From positions 704,001 to 768,000 of the forward strand of contig CBDFJQ010000002.1 of the NCBI GenBank assembly GCA_965248575.1: DNA of 64,000 bases. The letters are read 5' to 3'. Numbering within the stretch: the first letter of the stretch is position 1; each line of letters begins with the position of its first letter. Below are positions 44,726-56,911 of this stretch, piece after piece. The position numbers were made by a program, and so were the translations under genes. Under the pieces are notes generated by a model. That model searched no databases. It was not told the DNA's origin and worked only from the letters and a program-made list of their open reading frames with translations. The stretch comes from Planctomycetota bacterium (GTDB taxonomy: Bacteria > Planctomycetota > B15-G4).

Positions 44726-45292
44726 ATGGCTTCCACCCAACTCATTCTCAACCGTTACGCCACGGCGCTGTACCAATTGGCCCACGAGCATGGCACCACC
44801 GAGCAAGTCGAAGCGGAGTTGGTGGACCTCGAGGCTGTCCTGGCCGAGAACGAAGAGTTGCGGAACCAGTTGGGCAACCCGCGTCTCGGCCGTGGGGCCA
44901 AGCGCTCCATCCTGCTGCAGATCATGGGTGATGGTGTCAGCGACCTGCTGCGCCGCACGGTGCTGCTGCTGATCGACAAGGGGCGCGGCGGCTTTCTGGC
45001 GGACTTCACGGCGGTCTTCAACTCCGTGGCCATGGAGGCCTCGGGTCGGGTCGTGGCGAAGGTCACCTCGGCCAGCACGTTGGACGAGGCGGCACGCTCG
45101 CAGCTTCGCGAACAACTGGGTCGCATCACCGGCAAGTCCGTGAGCCTCTCCGAGGACGTGGACCCCAGCCTGTTGGGCGGCCTGCGCGTGATCATTGGGT
45201 CACGCATGATTGACGGCAGCTTGCGCCGTCGACTCGAACTCATTCAGTCCCGACTGCTCCAGACGCCCATCACGGGCACGCTGGGAAGTTAG
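44726..45292 (+). CDS. atpH: F1 subunit delta
   Basis: RYATALY, VTSA and [21 protein letters not shown]. Confidence 0.95.
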   Translation: MASTQLILNRYATALYQLAHEHGTTEQVEAELVDLEAVLAENEELRNQLGNPRLGRGAKRSILLQIMGDGVSDLLRRTVLLLIDKGRGGFLADFTAVFNSVAMEASGRVVAKVTSASTLDEAARSQLREQLGRITGKSVSLSEDVDPSLLGGLRVIIGSRMIDGSLRRRLELIQSRLLQTPITGTLGS

Positions 45293-45348
45293 GGAAGACT
45301 CAACACACAACACGCAAACCAGCCGATCCATTATCGGAACCGATTGCC

Positions 45349-46890
<1,542 letters not shown>

Positions 46891-46979
46891 GTGAACGCCG
46901 CCGCCAGCCTGCTCGACATGCATTGAGTGGGGGGGGAAGGCAGTGAACCGAAAGACCGCCGTTCGAAACCGGAGACGAC

Positions 46980-47867
46980 ATGGCCAAGGGCACAAAAGAA
47001 CTCAAGCAGCGGATCACGGGTGTGAAGAACATCCAGCAGATCACGCGCGCCATGGAAATGGTCGCGACGCAGAAGCTCATGCGTCTGCAGAGCCGTGCCG
47101 ATGCGGCGCGCCCCTTCTCCAGCAAGATCCAGGAGATGGTGGGGCGGCTCGCGGGCTCCGTGAGCAGTGACCTTTCGCCCCTGCTCGCAGAGCGGGAGGT
47201 CGACACGGTGGCCAACTTCGTCGTGGCCTCCGACAAGGGCATGTGTGGTGGATACAATGCCAACCTCGTGCGCTACGCCATCGCGACCATGGATGCGGAT
47301 GGGGATGGGGAGGGTGCGGGCCCGAAGCAGTTGGTTCATGCGCTCGGCAGGAAGACCGACATCCTGTTGCGCGCTCGCAAGCGGGTGGTGGACCTCAAGC
47401 ATGAAGACGTGGTCGAGAAGATCGACTACACGCGGGTGCGGACCATCGTGCGCGACCTGGTGGCCGACTACCTGGATGGCAAGATCGACCGCCTGCGCAT
47501 CATCTACACCGCGTTCCTGTCCGCGGGGCGCCAGCGCCCTGCCGCCGTGACCGTGCTGCCCATCGACCCGGCAGAGCTCATCGTGGAAGACGACGACGAC
47601 TCCGCTGACATGGACTTCATCGTCGAGCCCGACAGCGAGCAGCTGCTGAAAGAACTCTTGCCCAAGTTTCTCGAGATCAAGGTCTACTCGGCCATTCTCG
47701 AGTCGCTGGCCTCGGAGTTCACCGCACGACGAAACGCCATGAAGCAGGCGACCGACGCAGCAGACGAAATGATCGGCGCCCTCCGGCGCCAGTACAACCG
47801 CGCGCGACAGGAAAGCATTACGAGCGAGTTGCTCGAGGTGTCATCCGGCGCAGAAGCACTCAAGTAG
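46980..47867 (+). CDS. atpG: F1 subunit gamma
   Basis: ITRAMEMVA, SDKGMCGGYN and YNRARQESITSELLE. Confidence 0.98.
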   Translation: MAKGTKELKQRITGVKNIQQITRAMEMVATQKLMRLQSRADAARPFSSKIQEMVGRLAGSVSSDLSPLLAEREVDTVANFVVASDKGMCGGYNANLVRYAIATMDADGDGEGAGPKQLVHALGRKTDILLRARKRVVDLKHEDVVEKIDYTRVRTIVRDLVADYLDGKIDRLRIIYTAFLSAGRQRPAAVTVLPIDPAELIVEDDDDSADMDFIVEPDSEQLLKELLPKFLEIKVYSAILESLASEFTARRNAMKQATDAADEMIGALRRQYNRARQESITSELLEVSSGAEALK

Positions 47868-47873
47868 ACGTAA

Positions 47874-49292
<1,419 letters not shown>

Positions 49293-49296
49293 TCCT

Positions 49297-49752
49297 ATGA
49301 CTGCCTCCCTGCTGAATGACATGCCTGAGCTGCTGACATCGGTGAAAGCCGGTCAGGCGCTCTACGTGGAGATGCGCACGCCTGAGGGGCCCATCTACTC
49401 GGGTGGCGCGTCTTCGGTCCTGGTGCCTGGCAGTACGGGCGCCATGGGGGTGCTGCCTCGGCACGCACCGCTGCTCTCTTCGCTGGAGGTGGGCTACACG
49501 CGGGTCCGGGATCCCTTGGGCAAGGAATGGACCTTCGTGACCGGTCTCGGCTTCGTCGAGATCCAGAACAACGAAGTGCTGATCCTTGTGGACTTCGCCG
49601 ACGATGTGACCGACATTGACGTGCCGCGGGCCGAGCTGGCCCGCGATCGTGCTCGGGCGCGCCTGCGGGTTCCCAGTGAGGAAGTTGACGCAGCACGTGC
49701 TCAGGCAGCCATGGATCGCGCTGCCACACGTTTGCGTTTCGCCACTCGCTGA
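49297..49752 (+). CDS. atpC: F1 subunit epsilon
   Basis: TPEG, G.MGVLPRHAPL, GFVEI and a C-terminal helical hairpin. Confidence 0.93.
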   Translation: MTASLLNDMPELLTSVKAGQALYVEMRTPEGPIYSGGASSVLVPGSTGAMGVLPRHAPLLSSLEVGYTRVRDPLGKEWTFVTGLGFVEIQNNEVLILVDFADDVTDIDVPRAELARDRARARLRVPSEEVDAARAQAAMDRAATRLRFATR

Positions 49753-49763
49753 GTCCCTGAATC

Positions 49764-51356
49764 TTGTCGACCGCCTCCCCGAGTGGATCGGACCGGGCCC
49801 CTCTGGCCTGGGCGGTGGCGGTTGCTCTGGGCTTGCTGGCCGTCGGTCTCAGTGCGTTCCACCCGCAGCTGGGCGACAAGTTCTGGTGCGACGACTCGTT
49901 CATCACCTTCCGGCATGTGCGCCATCTCTTTGAGGGGCACGGCCTGGTGTTCAACCCAGGCGAAGTGGTTGAGGGCTACACCAACTTCCTGTGGGGCATG
50001 GTGGCTCTCGTCGGTCTGCACGTGGGTTTCGAACCGATCCAGACCACCTCAGCCGTGGCCTGGCTCGCTCAGTTCCTCACGGTCTGTCTGGTCTACAGCA
50101 CCGGCCGACGGCTAGGCGCTGGCTCTTGGGCTGCGCTCCTGGCACCGGCCTTGCTGGTCCTCAACGTCGGTTTCCTGACGTACCCGACCACGGGTATGGA
50201 GACCACCTTCCATGTCTTCCTGACCACGGCCGCTGTGAGGCTGATGGTGAGCGAGAAGCAGCGCAGCTCCCGCTGGCCGTTGCAACTCGGGCTGCTGTGG
50301 GCGCTGCTGGGATTGAACCGTTTCGACGGCTTCGTGGTGGTCTTCATCCTGCTGGGATGGCAGGTGTTTTTCCGTCGGGAGTTCAAGAAGACCGTGCAAG
50401 CGGCGCTGGTCTTCGTGCTCATCCTGGGCGTCTACAACGCATGGCGCTACGGCTACTACGGCCTTCCGCTGCCGAACACCGCCTACGCCAAGACGAGCTT
50501 CCACTGGGCTCGCGCCTGGGAGGGCGCCCGCTATATTGGAGAGTTCTCCTTGGGCTTTTGCGGCGCCCTGTTGTTGGCGCTGGCTGCCCTTCCTCGACTG
50601 GGGAAGGCTGGCGGGCGTGGGGTTGGGCTCTGCCTCTGGCTCTTCCTGGGGCAGGCGGGCTACACGATCCTGGTGGGGGGCGACTGGATGCCCTACCACC
50701 GCTTCCTGCTGCCAGCCGTCCCCGCGCTGTGCTTGGCCGCTCAGCACGGGCTGTTGAGCTGGTTGGCCCCCGCTCAGCTGCGAGCCCCTGGAGCCGAGCC
50801 GATCGCCCGCGTCGCATGGCCCACTTCACGGGTGCTGGCGACCTGCCTCGTCGGCCTGCTGGCCCTGGCTGGGAGCACCCCGGCCCTGATCGAGGGCTTC
50901 GAGACGGGGTTTGATGGGCCCGGAAAGCACTTCGACGAGCTGGAAGGCAAGCTCATCGGGGAGAACCTGCACACGGTGATCCCCGAGGAGAAGTTGGTGG
51001 CCATCGAGTGGGCGGGAATCGTGCCCTACTACGCCAAGCACAACTTCCTCGACACCTTCGGCCTGACCGATCGGGCCTTCGTGCAGGACGAGAGTCTGGC
51101 GCGCACAAAGTGGGGCGTCTGGGTGAAACCCATCGATATCGCGCGCCGCCGGCCGGACGCCATCATCTTCTGTGTGCGTGTGTTCCCCACGAAGCTGCAT
51201 GCCCAACAGGCCGTCAAGCCTGGCGGCCCCTGCCACTACGGGCGCTACATGGGGATGGTCGAGCCGGACTACCCCTATCGCTTCGAGTTTCCCGAGCTCG
51301 CGCCGGGCAAATTCTGGCCGGTGCTCATGAAGGTGGAGCGCTTGCCTCCGCGCTGA
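49764..51356 (+). CDS. Putative GT-C-fold polytopic membrane glycosyltransferase
   Basis: DDSFITFR in the first loop, FNPGEVVEGYTNFLW, GMET, RFDG, PLPNTAYAK, GGDWM..RFLLP and AGIVPYY...LD..GL.D. Confidence 0.75.
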   Translation: MSTASPSGSDRAPLAWAVAVALGLLAVGLSAFHPQLGDKFWCDDSFITFRHVRHLFEGHGLVFNPGEVVEGYTNFLWGMVALVGLHVGFEPIQTTSAVAWLAQFLTVCLVYSTGRRLGAGSWAALLAPALLVLNVGFLTYPTTGMETTFHVFLTTAAVRLMVSEKQRSSRWPLQLGLLWALLGLNRFDGFVVVFILLGWQVFFRREFKKTVQAALVFVLILGVYNAWRYGYYGLPLPNTAYAKTSFHWARAWEGARYIGEFSLGFCGALLLALAALPRLGKAGGRGVGLCLWLFLGQAGYTILVGGDWMPYHRFLLPAVPALCLAAQHGLLSWLAPAQLRAPGAEPIARVAWPTSRVLATCLVGLLALAGSTPALIEGFETGFDGPGKHFDELEGKLIGENLHTVIPEEKLVAIEWAGIVPYYAKHNFLDTFGLTDRAFVQDESLARTKWGVWVKPIDIARRRPDAIIFCVRVFPTKLHAQQAVKPGGPCHYGRYMGMVEPDYPYRFEFPELAPGKFWPVLMKVERLPPR

Positions 51357-51360
51357 GACT

Positions 51361-51478
51361 GGGCCGGCGGGATCTGTTTTCGTTCATCAGATCTGCTGTT
51401 CAGACAACGAGGCATACAGATGCCTCGAAAACTCGCCTCAGATCTGATGAACGAAGACAGATCTCGCCTCCTCGGTGG
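51361..51478 (+). repeat. Structured intergenic repeat, copy C
   Basis: 25-bp stem (51371-51395 / 51439-51463, one G-U pair) around a 43-nt core that matches copy A at 37/43 positions; same GGGCCG and TCCTCGGTGG ends. Confidence 0.9.
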
Positions 51479-51503
51479 TGAGGCGGCGCAGGGGCGATTG
51501 GGG

Positions 51504-54500
51504 TTAGTACTCCAGCACCGCGGTGTCGTCGGCTGGTTGGGCTTGGAAGAGTTGGAGGTCGGAGAGGAGTACGGGGTCGCCGTCTTCGCTGAGTGGGTCC
51601 AGCAGCACCACGAAAGTGAACTCTTGGGCGATGGCCTGGGCTGGGAGGGGGAACTCCATGGGGGCGCCCTGCTGGAAGCTGGCGACCTCTTGTCCCTCGA
51701 TCAGTAGGCGGCCGGATGTCGGGGCGCTGCTGCTGGGGTGTCGACCGGAGGCCTCGCTGACGGTCCGCATGCGCAGGGTCGTCGTGCTGTTGGCGGGGAC
51801 GCTGAAGGTCGCCTCTGTGCGCGTTGTCAGCGCTGGGCGGGGCGACGGAAGTGGCAGGGTGGCAGCGACGCGCATGCGCGCAGGGATGGCCCGCAGTGGG
51901 CGGGTGACTCCAGGGCTGAGCGGCTCATCGAATGTCAGCTGAATGTTGAAGCTTCCCTCGGGGAGTTCCTCCAGCTGGAACAAGCTGTTGGTGGCGCTCC
52001 ACCCAGGGGACCCGACGGACGCCTTGACGGTGGGGGCGGACTTGCAACTCAGGTCGAGTCTGGCACCTGACCTATAGGCCCGACCTTCCAGCAGCAGTTT
52101 GCCGTCGGGGTCGATGCGGGCTGACTCCAGCAGAAGGCCTTGCTCGGATGAGAGTGCGACACCGCCCCAATCGAAGGCGACTCGCCCGAAGGGCCAGTGC
52201 TGGGGCCAATAGGGCACCACGTGGACAGGGTTGGAGAGGGCCTCGAGGTGACCTGACGGATTGCGCAACTCCAGGCGCGCAAAACCGGCGAGCTGCGTCC
52301 CGAAAGAGAACTCGTGCTCCAGCTCACCGCTGGGTCCGATGGGCATCTCCGCCACGACGCGGCTCGGTTCCCAGGGAGTGAGGCCTCCCACCTGCCGGAC
52401 GAACCGTCCCGCGATGAGTCGCAGAGTGGAGCCGGGGACGGCGCTGCTGATGCGCGCCATGAGCTGGACACTGCTTTGATCGGTGACCAGCAACTTGCCC
52501 ATGCCCTGACCGCTCACGGTCTCGAGCGACAGCACGGCGCCGCTGCGCCACTCCGAGGCCGAGGCCCGACCGCTGCGAAGGCTGCGCAGCAATTCGTGGG
52601 CTGGGTCGTTGAGCTCGTTGCCCTCGTCGCCGGCGGAGTCCGTGGTGAGGATGTGCGTCAGCCATCGATTGAAGGAACGCTCACTGGGCTGGGCCCAACG
52701 GCCGTTCAGGTCCGGTGCGCCGTTTGCCGTGAGCAGCAGTCCTCGGGCAGTGGTGCGGTCCCAACGGACGAGCAACGGGAACAGCTCGTCCTCGTCGCCA
52801 TCAGGCTGCGGGTAGGAAAGCGCCTCACGCGCCTGGCGCTCGGCTTCGGTTGCGTAGAAGGGTGCCGACTTCCAACGCGTGCCGACTTCGAAAAGGTCGG
52901 CGCCCAAGCCGTCGCCGTCGAGCAGCGCGTTGTAGTGGTCGGCGTATTGCATGTGGTGGGCACCCACGGCGCCGCCCAAGCGCTGGATGTCCTCCACCAT
53001 GGCCCGGCGCTCCGAGGCGGTCAGGGCATGGTCGGACTCGGGGAGTTCGGCCGACACATCGACGGGCGCCAGGAAGGTGAGATGCGGGACCAATTGGCCG
53101 AAGTGGTCTTGGTCGCGCCAAGCGCTCTGCTCCATGCCTACATGACTCTGCAAGTCGGGCAAGGCTGCGAAGCTGGATTGCTGTGCGCGGATGGACTGCT
53201 CGGGGCTGGGGACCTCCAGCCGTACCTCGTCGAAGAGAGCCAATGCCTTGCTGTTCGGCTGGCAGAGCACCCCGACGGCGACGGAGAGCAGGCCATCTGT
53301 GTGATCCGCACCAAACAGGCGTGCAACATCTGCGGCGAGATCGATGCGCTGGTCCGACCACTCATCCCCTGCACTGCTCAGCACGATCTCCTGCGCAGGG
53401 TCGAAACCTCGCGGGGGGCGCCTGCTCAGGTATCGAATGCGTTTCTGGGAGGCGAGCCGAACATCCACGAAGGCGATGGACTCCGCTCGGGGTTCCCAGG
53501 AGAAGAGCAGGGTCGGTCGGGCGGGGAGGGCGACGTACAGCTGGCCTGCACGCTCACCCTTCTCGATGCTGCTCCACGCGCTCCCGCCCTCGGGGCCTGC
53601 TTCAACCTCGAGTCCCCAGCAGCCGACGCCTGCCCGGGCCGTTGCATGTTGCGACCCCACCCGTCCTGCACGGAGGACGGTGACGCCTGTGCTCTGGGTC
53701 TGCCAAAGGGCGCGTGTCCGATCCTCGGACTCGAAGTCACCGCCCAGGATCCGGCGTGGCGTCCCCAAGTTGTGGTCGGTCCACCACACGGTGCGCACGA
53801 AGGCTTGCATGCCTTCGACGACGCGACCGAGTTCGAAGAGGTTGGTGCTGAAGCTGGAGTGGGTGTGCAAGGCAGCGCGTGTGGCAGCTTGTCCAAAGTG
53901 CCGCTGCGTGACGGGGGCTCGGCTGCTCAAATCATGACTGCTCACCGTGACCACCCCACCGTTCGCTGCAGGGAGCGCTCGCGCTCCTTGGCTGAGGTCA
54001 CCGAGTGTCCACTGGGCGACGGCTCCCTCGATGTCCAGGGTGAGACGAGCTCCGGGAAGAACGGTCACCTCGAAGCAGAGCCCATCCGCGTCACCCTGGG
54101 TCTGCGTGTCGAGCAGGAAACCTCGCGCCGGGACTAGCGCCCGTTCTGGATCCGTGGGTGGTGCTCCAGGGATGCCTGCAGGCAAGGACCACTGAGGGCG
54201 CGCCATCGTTCGGCCCGGAACAATTCGATCACCCAGCTCGAAGTCTTCAAGCCAGGTAAAGGCGCACTCGAAGCGCTCGCCTTCTGGGATCACTTCGAGG
54301 CTTCCCCGCCAACGACGGCTCTCTGCGTCGCCGCCCCAGAAGACCGTCAGCTGGTAGCGTCGCGCGCCCGTCAGCTGCGACGCGGAGGCCGGGTTGCCGG
54401 CTCCCGATGGGAGCTGATTCGCAAAGCAAGCAGGGCAGGCCAGGAAGAGCAGCAGGACGCCGAGACGCGCAGCTTCCAGGGCCTGCCTCCGGCGCGAGGC

Positions 54501-54515
54501 GCGCTGCGGACTCAG
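51504..54515 (-). CDS. Large exported PHP-like metallo-hydrolase-domain protein (probable CTG start)
   Basis: LHTHSSFS, WWTDHN and ALSNPV motifs. The frame stays open 74 codons upstream of the track's GTG 54293, through a signal-peptide-like stretch, to a CTG overlapping the upstream TGA. Confidence 0.65.
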   Translation of the reverse strand: MSPQRASRRRQALEAARLGVLLLFLACPACFANQLPSGAGNPASASQLTGARRYQLTVFWGGDAESRRWRGSLEVIPEGERFECAFTWLEDFELGDRIVPGRTMARPQWSLPAGIPGAPPTDPERALVPARGFLLDTQTQGDADGLCFEVTVLPGARLTLDIEGAVAQWTLGDLSQGARALPAANGGVVTVSSHDLSSRAPVTQRHFGQAATRAALHTHSSFSTNLFELGRVVEGMQAFVRTVWWTDHNLGTPRRILGGDFESEDRTRALWQTQSTGVTVLRAGRVGSQHATARAGVGCWGLEVEAGPEGGSAWSSIEKGERAGQLYVALPARPTLLFSWEPRAESIAFVDVRLASQKRIRYLSRRPPRGFDPAQEIVLSSAGDEWSDQRIDLAADVARLFGADHTDGLLSVAVGVLCQPNSKALALFDEVRLEVPSPEQSIRAQQSSFAALPDLQSHVGMEQSAWRDQDHFGQLVPHLTFLAPVDVSAELPESDHALTASERRAMVEDIQRLGGAVGAHHMQYADHYNALLDGDGLGADLFEVGTRWKSAPFYATEAERQAREALSYPQPDGDEDELFPLLVRWDRTTARGLLLTANGAPDLNGRWAQPSERSFNRWLTHILTTDSAGDEGNELNDPAHELLRSLRSGRASASEWRSGAVLSLETVSGQGMGKLLVTDQSSVQLMARISSAVPGSTLRLIAGRFVRQVGGLTPWEPSRVVAEMPIGPSGELEHEFSFGTQLAGFARLELRNPSGHLEALSNPVHVVPYWPQHWPFGRVAFDWGGVALSSEQGLLLESARIDPDGKLLLEGRAYRSGARLDLSCKSAPTVKASVGSPGWSATNSLFQLEELPEGSFNIQLTFDEPLSPGVTRPLRAIPARMRVAATLPLPSPRPALTTRTEATFSVPANSTTTLRMRTVSEASGRHPSSSAPTSGRLLIEGQEVASFQQGAPMEFPLPAQAIAQEFTFVVLLDPLSEDGDPVLLSDLQLFQAQPADDTAVLEY

Positions 54516-55921
54516 CGGGAGCCGCCTTGGCTTCCGAGCCAGCTCGGCGCAAAGCCCTGAGGCAAGCGCTTCATCTCCATCATGGTGGCGATGTACTGGC
54601 CCTCGTCACCCGCCCGGAACGTGTTGAAGTACTCCCACACAAGGCGTCCTTCCTCGGTGACCTCGAAGGCCCGGCCGAAGTCGGACTCGGTGATGAGCGT
54701 GTTGCCGTTGGGGAGGCGCTGGGCGACGCCGCAGGTCTCCGAGTAGAAAGGTGAGACGTCGTTGCCTGTGTAGGTCCAACCCTCCTCGCCCGTGAGCGGG
54801 TTCAGCTCCACGATGCGCGAGGCTTCGTCGCGGGTGTTGTTGTCGAAGAGCAGGATCGTGCCGTTGTCGAGCACGTGGGGGTCGTGTTGCCGGTTGAAGG
54901 CGCCCTCCATGACCCAGACGACTTGCTCCGTTTCGGCGTCGACGATGGCCAGCATGTCGAGGATCAGCAGCGAGATCAGGAAGTTGCCTTCCTTGAAGGC
55001 TGCGTCCAGGTGGGCCAGGCTGCCGTCCAAGCGTTCCAGCGAGTTGGTGTGGAAGATATCGCCCTTGGCCGGGCCCAGACTGCCGTCCCAATGCTCTGCG
55101 AATTGGGAGGACTCGAGCGCGCGCAGCACGCTGATGTTGCGCAGCTCTCGTCCATCGGTGCCCAGCAGCGTGATGAAGTCCTCAAGCACGGGTTTCGTGG
55201 GGTGGACGCGGGGGATGACGCGTGCCTCACGGCTCAGCACCCAAAGCGTGCCGTCCTCCATGACGTGCAGGTCGTGATGAGCGCGCAAGGAGTTCTTCCA
55301 CAGGAGTTCGCTGTCCACGTCCACCTTGATGATGCCGAGACCTTCGTAGACGGCGAACAGGCTGCCGTCGTCATTCAGGTGTGTCCGGCGCCAGAAGGAC
55401 CGGTCCCGATGCATCCCTGGGTAGTCCGGCCAGACCCGCCGGAAGCCGTATCTCCAGCGATGCAGGATCTCGCCACTGGCGTCCATGATCAGCGCGCTGG
55501 GTTCGTGGGCCGACGTGAGCAGGTTGAGACCTGGCTGGGCCCGTTCCTGGTCCCAGTGGGTGACGCCGCTCTGCGACCCTGCGTCGTGCCGGCCGTCCAC
55601 ATAACCGAGCGCTTCCAGGTCGGCGATCTGTTGGCGTTGCTCGTCAGTCAGGTCTTCGAGATCGGTGTTGGTGCGGGGCTCACGCCAGCGACCCGCGCCA
55701 GGTCCGACCAAGCGCTGCGTCTGGCCAGGTGTGTCGGTGGAGTCGGAACCGCCTTCGCCTCGGGGCGTCTCTCCACCTTCAGGTCCCTCGCCGGGGTCGC
55801 TGCACGCACCCGCAAGCAGGCAGAATCCCAACGCGCCCAGAGCCAGCCAGCGTGGGAGGCGGAGCCGAGGCCTTTGCGCTGCAAGCTCACGGTGCGCGGA
55901 CGCTGGGCGATTCGCTGGCAT
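54512..55921 (-). CDS. Arylsulfotransferase (ASST) family lipoprotein
   Basis: LAGAC lipobox, AHHDL, DIFHTNSL, QHDPHVL..G.ILLFDN and AQRLPNGNTLITES. Confidence 0.85.
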   Translation of the reverse strand: MPANRPASAHRELAAQRPRLRLPRWLALGALGFCLLAGACSDPGEGPEGGETPRGEGGSDSTDTPGQTQRLVGPGAGRWREPRTNTDLEDLTDEQRQQIADLEALGYVDGRHDAGSQSGVTHWDQERAQPGLNLLTSAHEPSALIMDASGEILHRWRYGFRRVWPDYPGMHRDRSFWRRTHLNDDGSLFAVYEGLGIIKVDVDSELLWKNSLRAHHDLHVMEDGTLWVLSREARVIPRVHPTKPVLEDFITLLGTDGRELRNISVLRALESSQFAEHWDGSLGPAKGDIFHTNSLERLDGSLAHLDAAFKEGNFLISLLILDMLAIVDAETEQVVWVMEGAFNRQHDPHVLDNGTILLFDNNTRDEASRIVELNPLTGEEGWTYTGNDVSPFYSETCGVAQRLPNGNTLITESDFGRAFEVTEEGRLVWEYFNTFRAGDEGQYIATMMEMKRLPQGFAPSWLGSQGGSR

Positions 55922-56182
55922 GCTCTGCCTCAGAGGGGCCGGTTTCGGACAGGTGGTCCGGCGGCGTGAACTGCGGAAGGACTGGATGTTCTGTCACCAG
56001 CGACGTCTCTGCACGCGCGTCGCCACGACTCTCGGAGGATACCGCTGCCAGGGGGGGGGCGCCAAGCTGCTCGCGGCGTCGTCTGGCCAGCCCGGGGCGC
56101 TGCCAGGTCTCGCATTCCCAACATGGGCCCCCTAGCGGAGCGCAGGCTTCGCCCACGGCTGGAGGCATGGCAGAGTGCAGGG

Positions 56183-56911
56183 ATGGCTGATTGGACCACC
56201 ACGGTACGCCAGGTCTTGCCGCGCTTCTTTGCGGTTGCCCGGCGCATGCGCCCCAGCTTTCATCGCAGCTGCCTGCTCGACCTCAGCGCCGAGTTTTTGG
56301 AGCAGCAAGGTGTGGGGCTGATCATCTGGGATGTGGACGGCACGCTCATGCCCTGGCATGGGGCGCAGGTGGACCCCGAGCTGCGGCCGGGTTGGGATCG
56401 GCTGCGCGCCATGCCCGAGCTTGAGCACATGATCCTCAGCAACTGCAGCGACCGCCGCTTCGTGGAGCTGGGCCAGATCTTCCCCGACGTGCCCGTGGTG
56501 AAGGGCTACACCACCCCGAAAGGGGCCGCTGCCCGGCGCATCTTCCAGGGCGTCGAGACCTGGAGCGATGGGGACCACTGGGATCCCCTGACCCAGGCCG
56601 ATGTCACGACCCTTCGCAAACCGGACGCGCGCCTCGTGCATTTCGCCTTGGGTTTCGCGGGTGACTTGCCCGCGTCCCGAGCGCTGATGGTGGGAGACCA
56701 GTACTTCACGGACATCGCTGGGGCCAATGAAGCCGGCGTTCGGACCTTGAAGGTGCGGACCTGGCAGCGGGGCAGTTTCCCGTGGCCCGTGGGATGCATG
56801 CAGTGGTTGGAGACGATCCTGTATCGGGTCTGCTATGGACCAGCGGTCGATTCCCACAGCGGCAGCCACTCCGGTGACAGGACCGGTGACGGGACCGGTG
56901 ACGATGCCTGA
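56183..56911 (+). CDS. HAD-superfamily phosphatase (YqeG/Gep4-like)
   Basis: WDVDGT, ILSN, RKP and MVGDQYFTDIAGAN. Start ATG 56183 chosen. Confidence 0.82.
   Translation: MADWTTTVRQVLPRFFAVARRMRPSFHRSCLLDLSAEFLEQQGVGLIIWDVDGTLMPWHGAQVDPELRPGWDRLRAMPELEHMILSNCSDRRFVELGQIFPDVPVVKGYTTPKGAAARRIFQGVETWSDGDHWDPLTQADVTTLRKPDARLVHFALGFAGDLPASRALMVGDQYFTDIAGANEAGVRTLKVRTWQRGSFPWPVGCMQWLETILYRVCYGPAVDSHSGSHSGDRTGDGTGDDA

Noticed and set aside
51439..51463. Hammerhead ribozyme suggested by CTGATGA
   Set aside because: CTGATGA lies in the variable paired arm of one copy only and is not followed by a stem II and GAAA.
52314..54137. 607-aa plus-strand ORF
   Set aside because: Antisense to the PHP-like gene, which has the recognisable motifs and operon coupling.
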